55,099 nucleotides of DNA from a virus (IMGVR_UViG_3300025543_000032:1-55099), one strand, 5' to 3'. Counted from the first letter of the stretch, positions 19,013 to 27,343 are shown. Notes: generated from the sequence alone by a model not told the origin. Program-made: numbers and translations.

Positions 19013-19312
19013 ATGAAAAACCAATTTTATTACACAAGAAAAGAAGCTATTGATGGTACGGACCCTGTAGAGTATGCAGAGTTTTTAGATAGCATTAACT
19101 TAAACAAAGTTATTAGAACTGTACAAACAGCTAGTGACACTGTAGTGGTGTTATTAGATGACATGCATGAGCGTGTTACAGAAGTACCTAATATTAATCC
19201 TAAAACCAACAAGGTGATTGGTACTAAAAAGAAAGTGGAAGTTTATCAAACAGAAGCTTATTTATATGGAGAAGATATAGAACGATTTAGAAAACTATCA
19301 AATATTGAATAA
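19013..19312 (+). CDS. hypothetical protein
   Basis: 99-aa ORF in operon. Confidence 0.7.
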   Translation: MKNQFYYTRKEAIDGTDPVEYAEFLDSINLNKVIRTVQTASDTVVVLLDDMHERVTEVPNINPKTNKVIGTKKKVEVYQTEAYLYGEDIERFRKLSNIE

Positions 19313-19313
19313 A

Positions 19314-19610
19314 ATGGCAAAAAAACCTTACAAAGAATTACTAGGAAACAGAATATATGTGAATGTTCCTAAAAAAGATGAGAGTAAAATTATAGTTGAC
19401 GAGAATACTAAAGAAGCTCTACAAAGAGAAATGCTAAAGAAGATGTCTAAACTTAAAGTTTATGATGTTGGAGATATAGTAAAGAATGTAAAAGTGGGAG
19501 ATACAGTACTAGTAGATCCAGGCAAGTTAAAAGATGCAATGGTTATCCCTTTATCTGATGACAAAGATGTACTACTAGTATCCCCATTTGATATATTACA
19601 TGTTTGGTAA
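19314..19610 (+). CDS. groES: GroES-like co-chaperonin
   Basis: LLGNRIYV..KIIV..VYDVG...VKVGDTVLV..DIL. Start probably ATG 19314. Confidence 0.65.
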   Translation: MAKKPYKELLGNRIYVNVPKKDESKIIVDENTKEALQREMLKKMSKLKVYDVGDIVKNVKVGDTVLVDPGKLKDAMVIPLSDDKDVLLVSPFDILHVW

Positions 19611-20368
19611 TGGAAAATAATAACCTCCCTTTTATATCTTGTAAGTGTATTACGTATGGTCGAGTTGACACATTAGTAGAAGCTTTACATAGTTTTTTAA
19701 TTCAGGATTATCCTAAAGATAGGTGTGAATTAGTTATTGTAAATGATTACCCTAATCAAAAACTTATATATGATCACCCTCAGGTTACTATCTATAACTT
19801 AGATAAAACTTTTCCTTTGATAGGAGAGAAAGAGAACTATGCTATTGAACGATGTAAAGGGGAACTTATTGCTGTATGGGATGATGATGATATAGCACTA
19901 TCAAATCATTTAAAAAATATAGCAAATCACTGGAAAGAAGATACTAATATTATTCATTGGGAAACAGGTGTATATTATAATGAACCTGAGATTACAGCTA
20001 TAACTGGAGTGGGTAACTCAGGAATAGTGTATAGTAAAGATGTGTGGGAAAGAATAGGTAAAAGTCCTCTAGAGAATGCTGGTGGAGACATGACACTAAC
20101 TAATAAAATTCACGCTATAGGTGGTAAAGTAGATGTTAAGATGCCAGATAGTGAAGTTTCTTGGTTTTACATGTGGGGCGGTAGAGGATATCACCAATCT
20201 GGACAAGGTACAGACGATGGAACTAGACCTAATATTATAGAAAGGCACTCAGAACACATAGAAAGCGAGAGGAGAAAAGGTAATATACCTACAGGTGACG
20301 TATATTTACGTCCTAAGTGGAATAAAGATTATAAACAAATGCTAAAAGATTATGTCAGCTCTAGTTGA
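19610..20368 (+). CDS. glycosyltransferase family 2
   Basis: ISCKCITYGR, SFLIQDYP, ELVIVND, IAVWDDDD. Confidence 0.85.
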   Translation: MENNNLPFISCKCITYGRVDTLVEALHSFLIQDYPKDRCELVIVNDYPNQKLIYDHPQVTIYNLDKTFPLIGEKENYAIERCKGELIAVWDDDDIALSNHLKNIANHWKEDTNIIHWETGVYYNEPEITAITGVGNSGIVYSKDVWERIGKSPLENAGGDMTLTNKIHAIGGKVDVKMPDSEVSWFYMWGGRGYHQSGQGTDDGTRPNIIERHSEHIESERRKGNIPTGDVYLRPKWNKDYKQMLKDYVSSS

Positions 20369-20924
20369 GTTTATTATTCCTACATACAATAGGCATGAGC
20401 CTTTAATCTGTATGCTAGCTTCTCTTACAGCTCAAACAGATACTGACTGGAGCGGTCATGTAATTATAGATGATACAGAAAGTGAAAGAATATCTGATAT
20501 AGTAAAAAGTTTTAATGATCCTAGAATATACTGTACCTTCATGGATAAGCGGTATAATGACTGGGGACATACGTTAAGAGAGCGTGGTAAACAAATGTCA
20601 GATGCTCAATATATAGTAATGACTGGAGATGATAACTACTACACACCAAACTTTGTTTCTGAACTGCGAACAGCAACAGCTAACTCTCCTGGTTTTATTT
20701 ATTGGGACATGGTACATTCTCATTATGATTATGCATACTTTAAATGTAGTCCATTTAGTAATCAAATAGACATGGGCGCCTTTTCTACTAGAAAAGACCT
20801 AGCTCAGAAAATAGATCTTGGAGTAAGATATGATGCTGATGGTCGGTTTGTAGAACAGTTTAAAAAGAAGTTTGCAGAAGAAGAAATGTTTAAAATAAAT
20901 AAAGTTTTATTTGTACACAACTAG
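20352..20924 (+). CDS. glycosyltransferase family 2
   Basis: FIIPTYNR, SLTAQT, IIDD, TGDDNYY, ADG.F, LFVHN. Confidence 0.85.
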   Translation: MSALVEFIIPTYNRHEPLICMLASLTAQTDTDWSGHVIIDDTESERISDIVKSFNDPRIYCTFMDKRYNDWGHTLRERGKQMSDAQYIVMTGDDNYYTPNFVSELRTATANSPGFIYWDMVHSHYDYAYFKCSPFSNQIDMGAFSTRKDLAQKIDLGVRYDADGRFVEQFKKKFAEEEMFKINKVLFVHN

Positions 20925-21561
20925 TAAAGTAAAAGCTCTATTAATTAATAGAAACCTCTTAACCACTTTTAAGAATACGTTAGAGTTCTTAAGAAAAGAA
21001 TCCAGAGTAGAGATTCACATACTGGATCAAAAATCTACTTATCCTCCCCTGTTAGAATTCTACAAAACAATTTCTGAAAAAGTTCACTACTCAGAGAACG
21101 AAGGTCCATATTCAGCATGGCATCATAGATATAATCACTTACGTAAAAATTACTTTATTGTAGCAGATACAGATTGTATATATGATAATGTTCCTGATGA
21201 CTGGTTAGATGTAATGTTACACGCTATAAACCAACCAGGTTCTCCTAAAATAGGATTTTCACTAGAGATAGAAGATCTACCCAATACAGATCAAGGTAAA
21301 CAATCATATGCAAATGAGGCTAAATACTGGGAGAATAAAATTGATTTAGGATGGGACGCTTATGTAGACACTACGTTTGCATTATATAGAACTGATATGC
21401 CATTCTCATATGATGCAATAAGATTAGATAGACCTTATTGTATAAAACATGCACCTTGGTATATAGACGATTGCTGTATACCTGAAGAGTGGCAGTACTA
21501 TTTAGATCATGCTAACACTATATCTACTTGGAGAAATAGAATAAAAAAAAGCCCCAATTAA
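20911..21561 (+). CDS. GT-A fold (GT2-like) glycosyltransferase
   Basis: ILDQKSTYPPL, FIVADTD (DxD), DTTFALY, HAPWY. Confidence 0.7.
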   Translation: MYTTSKVKALLINRNLLTTFKNTLEFLRKESRVEIHILDQKSTYPPLLEFYKTISEKVHYSENEGPYSAWHHRYNHLRKNYFIVADTDCIYDNVPDDWLDVMLHAINQPGSPKIGFSLEIEDLPNTDQGKQSYANEAKYWENKIDLGWDAYVDTTFALYRTDMPFSYDAIRLDRPYCIKHAPWYIDDCCIPEEWQYYLDHANTISTWRNRIKKSPN

Positions 21562-21570
21562 GGGGCTTTT
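21543..21570. terminator. bidirectional terminator at the junction of the converging gene blocks
   Basis: A8-GCCCC-AATTAA-GGGGC-TTTT. Confidence 0.8.
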
Positions 21571-21571
21571 A

Positions 21572-21934
21572 TTATTTACATCCGTATTTACACTTCTTCT
21601 TTTTCATCTTGGATCCAGACTTAGCTTTCATAGTCTTACCATATCCAGCTTTCTTTACTGTTTTACCTTTCTTAGCAAAGCCCATTTTATTACGTACAGC
21701 TGTAGGTAATGCTTTAAGTCCTTTCTGTGAAGGCTTAGGTTTCTTTAATCCAGCCTTAGCTTTTTTCATTTTACCTTTAGGAGGAACCATAGAAGCAGCT
21801 TTGCCACCATAGGTCATCTTCTTAGCTTTTGTTCCAGCCTTAGCCATCTTCATTCCTGATTTGGCCTTTTTCATTTTAGTTCCAGACATAGCTTTTTTCT
21901 TTTTAGCTCCGCCTGCTTTGTATTTACGCATCAT
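21572..21934 (-). CDS. Lys/Ala/Gly/Met-rich histone-like basic protein
   Basis: Repeats KKAKSGMK/KKAKAG; no acidic residues. Confidence 0.7.
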   Translation of the reverse strand: MMRKYKAGGAKKKKAMSGTKMKKAKSGMKMAKAGTKAKKMTYGGKAASMVPPKGKMKKAKAGLKKPKPSQKGLKALPTAVRNKMGFAKKGKTVKKAGYGKTMKAKSGSKMKKKKCKYGCK

Positions 21935-21952
21935 GATTGTATAGTTTGAGGG

Positions 21953-22252
21953 TTAACATTTCCATCTTCTTCTAGCCTGCCTGATTCTAGAATTAGGATT
22001 ATTCCTAGTCTTAGCAGAGCTACGTTTTAACTGTCCCAAACTCCTAGCGCAATAAGACTTACGTCTCTTTGCAGCTTTAGATCCCTTTTTCACTTTACCT
22101 GTCACAGCAGTCTTTAGTTTACTGCCAGGATTTTTCTTTCTATAGGCTTTTACACCTTTCTTAGTCATACCAGCACCCTTCTTGGTAGGTCTGTAGTTAG
22201 CACCTTTACCCTTAGTGGTTTTTCTGATAGCTTTTTCTTTTCTTTTAGCCAT
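21953..22252 (-). CDS. small basic phage protein (DUF6321-like)
   Basis: GMTKKGVKAYRKKNPGSKLK..RRKSYCARS..ARRRWKC. Confidence 0.7.
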   Translation of the reverse strand: MAKRKEKAIRKTTKGKGANYRPTKKGAGMTKKGVKAYRKKNPGSKLKTAVTGKVKKGSKAAKRRKSYCARSLGQLKRSSAKTRNNPNSRIRQARRRWKC

Positions 22253-22255
22253 AGG

Positions 22256-22528
22256 TTACTTTTTCTTTTTAGTAGACTTCTTACGCTTTCTAAGCGCACT
22301 AGTCCTCCTACCCATGCCCACTTTTTTCTTTTCAGCTACAACAGCAGCTTTACGTTTACCAACACCTTTCCATGTTACAGGTGTTTTCTTACTAACTTTT
22401 TTACTAGGTCTACATTTCTTCACGCCTTTATTCTTAGAAGATCCACAGGGATTACCCTTTTCATCTTTCCATTTCTCTTTAAACCAACGTTTAAGAGCAG
22501 CGCCTTTCTTTGTTTTCCTAACTGCCAT
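22256..22528 (-). CDS. small basic phage protein (DUF5872-like)
   Basis: LKRWFKEKWKD...CG...CRPSKKVSKKTPVT. Confidence 0.7.
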   Translation of the reverse strand: MAVRKTKKGAALKRWFKEKWKDEKGNPCGSSKNKGVKKCRPSKKVSKKTPVTWKGVGKRKAAVVAEKKKVGMGRRTSALRKRKKSTKKKK

Positions 22529-22609
22529 CTATGTTATTATTGCAGAAACCCATAGAGACACTGCTGTTATTAAAAACATTTGAATAATAAAGAATACTAC
22601 CTTTTTCAT
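22529..22609 (-). CDS. 26-aa hydrophobic peptide
   Basis: MKKVVFFIIQMFLITAVSLWVSAIIT; ATGA overlap upstream, its TAG abuts the next ATG. Confidence 0.5.
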   Translation of the reverse strand: MKKVVFFIIQMFLITAVSLWVSAIIT

Positions 22610-22689
22610 TTCTCATTAATATCACACCAACCTAAACATATTTTTTTAAAGGTGATATAATATATTATTTTACATATTAGATTTTTCAT
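22606..22689 (-). CDS. 27-aa Cys-containing peptide
   Basis: MKNLICKIIYYITFKKICLGWCDINEK read by hand; fills the gap. Confidence 0.5.
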   Translation of the reverse strand: MKNLICKIIYYITFKKICLGWCDINEK

Positions 22690-22694
22690 TTCTT

Positions 22695-22910
22695 TCAACC
22701 TCTACGTTTTCTACATTTTGCAATAGCACCACTGGCATAAGCAGAGGGAAATACCTTATACTGTCTTTTTATCTTATGATAACAAGCATCGTGATTAGGT
22801 TTTGAAGATTTACTACCTTTTTTAGCTTTAAGCACTCTCTTCTTTGCCACTGTTTTACCAGCAGTTACTTTTTTTCTCCCTCTTACTTTAGATTTTTTTC
22901 TTACAGCCAT
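22695..22910 (-). CDS. small basic phage protein
   Basis: DACYHKIKRQYKVFPSAYASGAIAKCRK motif. Confidence 0.7.
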   Translation of the reverse strand: MAVRKKSKVRGRKKVTAGKTVAKKRVLKAKKGSKSSKPNHDACYHKIKRQYKVFPSAYASGAIAKCRKRRG

Positions 22911-22923
22911 TTATGTTTTTAAG

Positions 22924-23181
22924 TTATTTTACAGGAGTCATTGATATAGGAGGTACTTCAGCTGGTGCTTCAGCTTCTACTACCACATCATTTTTAACTC
23001 CTTCTTCCATAAGTCTTTCGATTATATCATTAGCTCTAGTCATCAATTGATATCTACCAGCTTCTTCTGTACCTAAAAAGGTTCTAATTGTATTAAGGAT
23101 TAATCCGAAATCTTGTCCTGATAGTTCAAATTTAGAGTCAGGTCCCCATGTGTAACGTTTGTTTGGATCGTACTGTGCCAT
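22924..23181 (-). CDS. hypothetical protein
   Basis: 85-aa ORF with A-rich leader. Confidence 0.7.
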   Translation of the reverse strand: MAQYDPNKRYTWGPDSKFELSGQDFGLILNTIRTFLGTEEAGRYQLMTRANDIIERLMEEGVKNDVVVEAEAPAEVPPISMTPVK

Positions 23182-23214
23182 AGTTTATTTAATTTTTGGT
23201 TTATAAAATTCTAT

Positions 23215-23246
23215 CAAAGATATAAAATCCTTGTTATGTATCCAAA
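23215..23246 (-). promoter_or_regulatory. Bacteroidota-type promoter
   Basis: Minus strand TTTG (23243-23246), 20 nt, TATCTTTG (23215-23222). Confidence 0.6.
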
Positions 23247-23521
23247 TTTATCTTAAAGACAATAGTACCTGTAGTCTTAATGCTTTTAGATATATCTAAA
23301 TGGATGTTAAACATTGTATGCAGTTTGATAATTTCTTCTAGTAGCATATTATTGTATTTAGGTACACTAGGTGCCAGTCTAAATATATAAGAGCTTTTCA
23401 TTTTTGTTATCTGTAAACTAGAATATTCATCAACAGAATCTATCACACCTTCTAAGTGTGCAAAATATGCTTTTTCATTTTCTAGTTGAACTTCAGGGAA
23501 AAACTTCCTGCTTATTTGCAT
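23234..23521 (-). CDS. hypothetical protein
   Basis: 95-aa ORF. Confidence 0.65.
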   Translation of the reverse strand: MQISRKFFPEVQLENEKAYFAHLEGVIDSVDEYSSLQITKMKSSYIFRLAPSVPKYNNMLLEEIIKLHTMFNIHLDISKSIKTTGTIVFKINLDT

Positions 23522-23540
23522 TAATGTTTAGTTTAATATA

Positions 23541-23567
23541 TAAACCCAGGGACATAAGTCCCTGAGA
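23541..23567 (-). terminator. hairpin/terminator
   Basis: Minus strand CTCAGGGAC-TTAT-GTCCCTGGG-TTT, downstream of the poly-Thr peptide gene. Confidence 0.55.
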
Positions 23568-23589
23568 TATATAATTTGTTAGTCACTAA

Positions 23590-23805
23590 TTAGATACTAG
23601 TTGTTGTTGTAGTTGTTGTTCCACTTATAGTGGTTGTTGTTGTAGTTGTTGGATTACAACATTCGTATGCTGTAATTTCTTTCCAGTTTCCTACCTTAGG
23701 TTTCTTCCTGCGTAATACAAGAGAACCTGCTACTACTCTGCCAGATCCATCGAATCTAACAAAAGCTTTTAATTCACGTCTATTTGAAGATGCTTTGCTT
23801 CCCAT
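23590..23805 (-). CDS. small protein with CC-poly-Thr tail
   Basis: ...AYECCNPTTTTTTTISGTTTTTTTSI. Confidence 0.75.
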   Translation of the reverse strand: MGSKASSNRRELKAFVRFDGSGRVVAGSLVLRRKKPKVGNWKEITAYECCNPTTTTTTTISGTTTTTTTSI

Positions 23806-23842
23806 TTGTTTAAGTTTAAAGGGTTAGTAATTAGGGGTTAGG

Positions 23843-24781
23843 TTAAAATTGAGAAACTAATTTCTTAAATTTCTCTGAGTTTTTGGTATTTATTAATTCT
23901 TCTATATAAATTTTTGTTATAGATTTATCATCTACATAATCATAGTTATGATTAAAAGGGTTACTATTTATAAAATTCCCTTTATAGAATTTATCTTTAC
24001 TGTCTGATGTTACTCCAGCCATGTGTAAGATTTTATTAGTTTGCCACATCTCTATAGGATCTGTAGCCCATCTGAAATCTAATTCTTTAACAATTTCAGT
24101 TTCAATATTTCTTTTCCAAAGTATCCACAATACGCACCACATCTCTGAGGTCCATGCTTGTATTGTAGGTTCGTAATCATTATATGTTATATGAGTTCTC
24201 ATAATGTCATATAATCTAGGTGACTGTATTTCAACTTCTTTGAAGTAGTCAATTAGAATGTTGTGAGGTATACCTTTATAATATAACTGGGCGCCTCCTG
24301 ATTCATCATTCTTTTCTACTATAGTGTCAAATGAAACACCAATGTAAGCACACATAGATTTTATTATCTCATCACCTTTAGTCTTTAGATATTGATAACC
24401 TAAATATCCTTTAGTATCACTACAGTAAACTACATTATCTTTTGTAAACAAGCTAAAGTCAACAGCTTCCCTAAATATAACATCTGAATCTATTAAAAAC
24501 AAGTCTTGATCTTTAGTATCTTGTTCTAAGTACTTGACAACTCCATGTATTTTTAATGTAGGGATGTAATGTTTCTGTAGTCTAGTATCTTTAAATATAA
24601 ATACATTTTCAGGATGTGCCTCTTTAAATTTATTTATAAATTCTGATGGCTTTTCACCATCTCTATATAAAAATACTGCACGGTGGTTTTCTAATAAGCC
24701 TAGCTTTTCTAGATTATAGAACTGTACTAAATTTTGCCAGTGAAAATATGGATCATCTGGTTGTGAACAAATACTGATCAT
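23843..24781 (-). CDS. GT-A glycosyltransferase resembling peptidyl-Ser/Hyp O-glycosyltransferases (GT96/GT95-like)
   Basis: YFHWQ near the N-terminus, LIDSDVIF (DxD), WTSEMW, ILH. Confidence 0.6.
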   Translation of the reverse strand: MISICSQPDDPYFHWQNLVQFYNLEKLGLLENHRAVFLYRDGEKPSEFINKFKEAHPENVFIFKDTRLQKHYIPTLKIHGVVKYLEQDTKDQDLFLIDSDVIFREAVDFSLFTKDNVVYCSDTKGYLGYQYLKTKGDEIIKSMCAYIGVSFDTIVEKNDESGGAQLYYKGIPHNILIDYFKEVEIQSPRLYDIMRTHITYNDYEPTIQAWTSEMWCVLWILWKRNIETEIVKELDFRWATDPIEMWQTNKILHMAGVTSDSKDKFYKGNFINSNPFNHNYDYVDDKSITKIYIEELINTKNSEKFKKLVSQF

Positions 24782-24810
24782 AAATATGTAGTTATTGGTT
24801 TTTTAATTAA

Positions 24811-24948
24811 TTACGGTGTAGCAGTTGTTGTTGTTGTAGTTACACAACACTTACCTGAAACCTGAATAAGTCTCTCTAATTGCTTAGAAATGTTCCAAAG
24901 AAGTTTATTAGTTTCATTCCATCCAACTTGTTTACTTGGTATTGCCAT
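24811..24948 (-). CDS. 45-aa peptide with CC-poly-Thr tail (not in ORF track)
   Basis: MAIPSKQVGWNETNKLLWNISKQLERLIQVSGKCCVTTTTTTATP; A-rich leader and own promoter element. Confidence 0.75.
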   Translation of the reverse strand: MAIPSKQVGWNETNKLLWNISKQLERLIQVSGKCCVTTTTTTATP

Positions 24949-24977
24949 TTTGTTTTGTATTAATTGTTACTATGTAA

Positions 24978-24985
24978 CAAATTTA
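24978..24985 (-). promoter_or_regulatory. Bacteroidota -7 element (TAAATTTG)
   Basis: About 30 nt upstream of the 45-aa peptide start. Confidence 0.55.
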
Positions 24986-25062
24986 TGAATATTCCTAGTA
25001 TTATTTAAGTTCTGTACAAAATTAAAATAACTAGTTTAGTTATCGTTATCTAACTTATTTAA

Positions 25063-25224
25063 TTAGAAGTCTAATGTTAGTGTTACTACAAGTAAATACA
25101 GCTTTATAGTTGTATAATTGTAATTTTCATTTGGGTTTATTATCTCCCAACCCAAAGCAAGTCTTTGATGGGGCCAGTGAAATGCTATTTCTAGTTCCCA
25201 GTCTTCTATATCGTAATCTCTCAT
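25063..25224 (-). CDS. 53-aa hypothetical protein
   Basis: MRDYDIEDWELEIAFHWPHQRLALGWE...; TGATG coupling to the upstream gene. Confidence 0.65.
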   Translation of the reverse strand: MRDYDIEDWELEIAFHWPHQRLALGWEIINPNENYNYTTIKLYLLVVTLTLDF

Positions 25225-25694
25225 CAAAATATTTTGTATTGAACTAAAAAACTAAATCCACTAGGGTTATTAGGTTGTATATAATATCTAGCGCCTATTA
25301 CAATCTTACGTATAATTGCATCTGCTTGAGCATATAACATAGGTGCCTCTATACCTTGAGTAAAAGTTTGCACTCCAACAAATCCATTGAACCTAATAGG
25401 TTTCTTTTTATTTATTATAGATTCCTGTACATCTATATAATCTTGTTGTGTGCTTATGATGGAGTCTTTAGTACTTAGTCTAGCATATAATAACTCTTCC
25501 TTTTTAGTTAGTATCTCTATTCGTTGTTCAAGTTCAGCATACAATATTTTTAAATTATCGTATTTAATTAAGTCTTTAACAACTTCTCTAGCTTGATCTT
25601 CAGATAGTATAACTACAGGTTTACTAGTATCTATCTGTGAAAAACTGCTGAAGCTTACTAATAGGCATACTATCAACCACTTTAACTTGTACAT
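25224..25694 (-). CDS. exported coiled-coil/beta protein, spanin-like candidate
   Basis: Signal peptide, coiled coil, C-terminal beta strands ending in Phe; overlaps the previous lysis gene. Confidence 0.5.
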   Translation of the reverse strand: MYKLKWLIVCLLVSFSSFSQIDTSKPVVILSEDQAREVVKDLIKYDNLKILYAELEQRIEILTKKEELLYARLSTKDSIISTQQDYIDVQESIINKKKPIRFNGFVGVQTFTQGIEAPMLYAQADAIIRKIVIGARYYIQPNNPSGFSFLVQYKIF

Positions 25695-25929
25695 ACTCTT
25701 TTTCTTTAATCACTCTTATCTTTTCAATCACTTCTTTATCAAGAGTGGAAAGACTATCAATACTATATTTAAGTTTTAGATCATTAGCTTTGTAGTAATC
25801 TAACTTTTCTTGAAGCTCACCTAATTGTATTTCGTATTGAGCAATTGATTCATCACTTTTTATCTGCATAAAGATAAGAAGAAATATAATAGCTAATGAT
25901 AACCATTGATTTTTAAAAAAGTTAATCAT
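25624..25929 (-). CDS. i-spanin-like protein
   Basis: N-terminal TM helix plus coiled coil, directly after the endolysin. Confidence 0.55.
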   Translation of the reverse strand: MINFFKNQWLSLAIIFLLIFMQIKSDESIAQYEIQLGELQEKLDYYKANDLKLKYSIDSLSTLDKEVIEKIRVIKEKEYVQVKVVDSMPISKLQQFFTDRY

Positions 25930-26371
25930 CTTTATGAAAGTCTATTATATCTTTGTATTCTTTATACACTGAGAAACTTGGACAAGCTTTACGAGCAAAC
26001 TCATTATGACCATGTAATGTTGCACCATCATAACAACCCATAAGCTCCATTAGAAGTCTCCATAAAGCTTCTTTCTGCTCAGGTGTTCTTGTGTCTTCAG
26101 GAGGCCACTTTCCTCTTTTATTCTTTATATCAGAAAGTCCTCCAATATAACAAACACCTATACTATTTTTATTGTGTCCTCTAACATGTGCCCCTGGAAT
26201 CTCAACAGGTCTACCATTGTGTATAGTTCCATCTAGATATACTATATAATGATATCCTATATCTCTCCAACCTCTTCCTTCAACATGCCATCTTCTAATA
26301 TCATCAACATCAAAATGCTTACCAGCAGGGGTAGCACTACAATGTAATATGATTTTATCTATTCTTCTCAT
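25922..26371 (-). CDS. endolysin, N-acetylmuramoyl-L-alanine amidase (Amidase_2, T7 lysozyme-like)
   Basis: IILHCSAT, DIGYHY, GAHVRGHN..SIGVCYIGG, HGHNEF..KACPSF. Confidence 0.93.
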   Translation of the reverse strand: MRRIDKIILHCSATPAGKHFDVDDIRRWHVEGRGWRDIGYHYIVYLDGTIHNGRPVEIPGAHVRGHNKNSIGVCYIGGLSDIKNKRGKWPPEDTRTPEQKEALWRLLMELMGCYDGATLHGHNEFARKACPSFSVYKEYKDIIDFHKDD

Positions 26372-26607
26372 GGTCCTTCTTCAGTAGAATAAGGGTTATA
26401 TATAGGAGAGTCTGACTTCTTTGCTTTAAATAATTTTTCTACTAGATCTGAAGCACCCTGTATTGATATATATACAGTTGCTATTATTACCCAATCAGAA
26501 GAAGTTATAACATCAGAAAATAGACCGAATGAAGCTACTATAAATACAGTGAGCTTTCTACTAATCCACCTTTTTAAAAAGTAATCTATTTTCTCTTTTC
26601 TACTCAT
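26368..26607 (-). CDS. putative holin
   Basis: ISRKL followed by two TM segments; adjacent to the endolysin. Confidence 0.6.
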   Translation of the reverse strand: MSRKEKIDYFLKRWISRKLTVFIVASFGLFSDVITSSDWVIIATVYISIQGASDLVEKLFKAKKSDSPIYNPYSTEEGP

Positions 26608-26798
26608 GCATTTTTATTGAGCCAAGCTTTTACAATGTCCCAATTCTTATGTGCAAATACACCAAATGAAACACCTGCCCATATTTTGTATCCAAATGTC
26701 CATAAAACTAAACCTAGTAGTAATCCAAGTGCACCTTCTATTCCGTTTGAAACAATCCAACTTTTTATTAGTGCAATGATGTTTTTTAATTTTTCCAT
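26604..26798 (-). CDS. small membrane protein (holin/antiholin candidate)
   Basis: Hydrophobic Gly-rich core, in the lysis cassette. Confidence 0.5.
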   Translation of the reverse strand: MEKLKNIIALIKSWIVSNGIEGALGLLLGLVLWTFGYKIWAGVSFGVFAHKNWDIVKAWLNKNA

Positions 26799-26799
26799 G

Positions 26800-27123
26800 T
26801 TATTTTATTTTAGGGTATATATTTACAAGATATTGAATAATTAAAGCTCCTGCTGTAATCAATCCAATAGTCCAAGAAAACTTCTTTTTAAATTCTTCTT
26901 GTTTCTTAACTTGTGCTTCTAATAATTCTATTTTTTTTTTAAGTTCATCAATGTCATTAACAAACCCTCCTGTTTTTGTAAGAGAGTTTCCTAATATGGC
27001 ATCCACTACTTGTGTTAATTTCGTATCAATAGAGGTCATTTTCTCCTCCATTTCGTTTAAACGATGGTCCATATTCTTTAAATCTTGTTTTACTTGTTGT
27101 TGATAGGGTGTATGTTCAGCCAT
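26800..27123 (-). CDS. coiled-coil protein with C-terminal TM helix (holin/XhlA-like architecture)
   Basis: Heptad repeats followed by WTIGLITAGALIIQYLV. Confidence 0.55.
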   Translation of the reverse strand: MAEHTPYQQQVKQDLKNMDHRLNEMEEKMTSIDTKLTQVVDAILGNSLTKTGGFVNDIDELKKKIELLEAQVKKQEEFKKKFSWTIGLITAGALIIQYLVNIYPKIK

Positions 27124-27233
27124 GTTTATATAATAAAAATGAATAGCATAATATACTTGACTTAAGAGTGTAGATTTTTAAGTATATATACAAGTGGTGA
27201 GTAGTTGTGTAATGTGTACACAGTTGTAATAGA

Positions 27234-27325
27234 CAAATATAATTAAACTTTTCTTAATACCAAATATTTACATTAAATTATTTCTATAATATAGCATAAA
27301 CTTTTCAATTAATTTACTAAATTTG
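27234..27325. promoter_or_regulatory. divergent promoter region
   Basis: Minus strand: TTTG 27261-27264, 19 nt, TATATTTG 27234-27241. Plus strand: TAAATTTG 27318-27325. Motif CTATAATATAGC at 27284-27295. Confidence 0.6.
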
Positions 27326-27343
27326 TATACAAATACATAATTT

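Noticed and set aside
17224-19610. recA, thioredoxin and groES as evidence for a bacterial chromosome or prophage
   Set aside because: They are divergent, embedded among phage genes, and no integrase, att site or host housekeeping context is present.
27124-27343. Possible tRNA/ncRNA in the largest intergenic gap
   Set aside because: No cloverleaf or stable GC-rich structure is visible; divergent promoter elements explain the gap.
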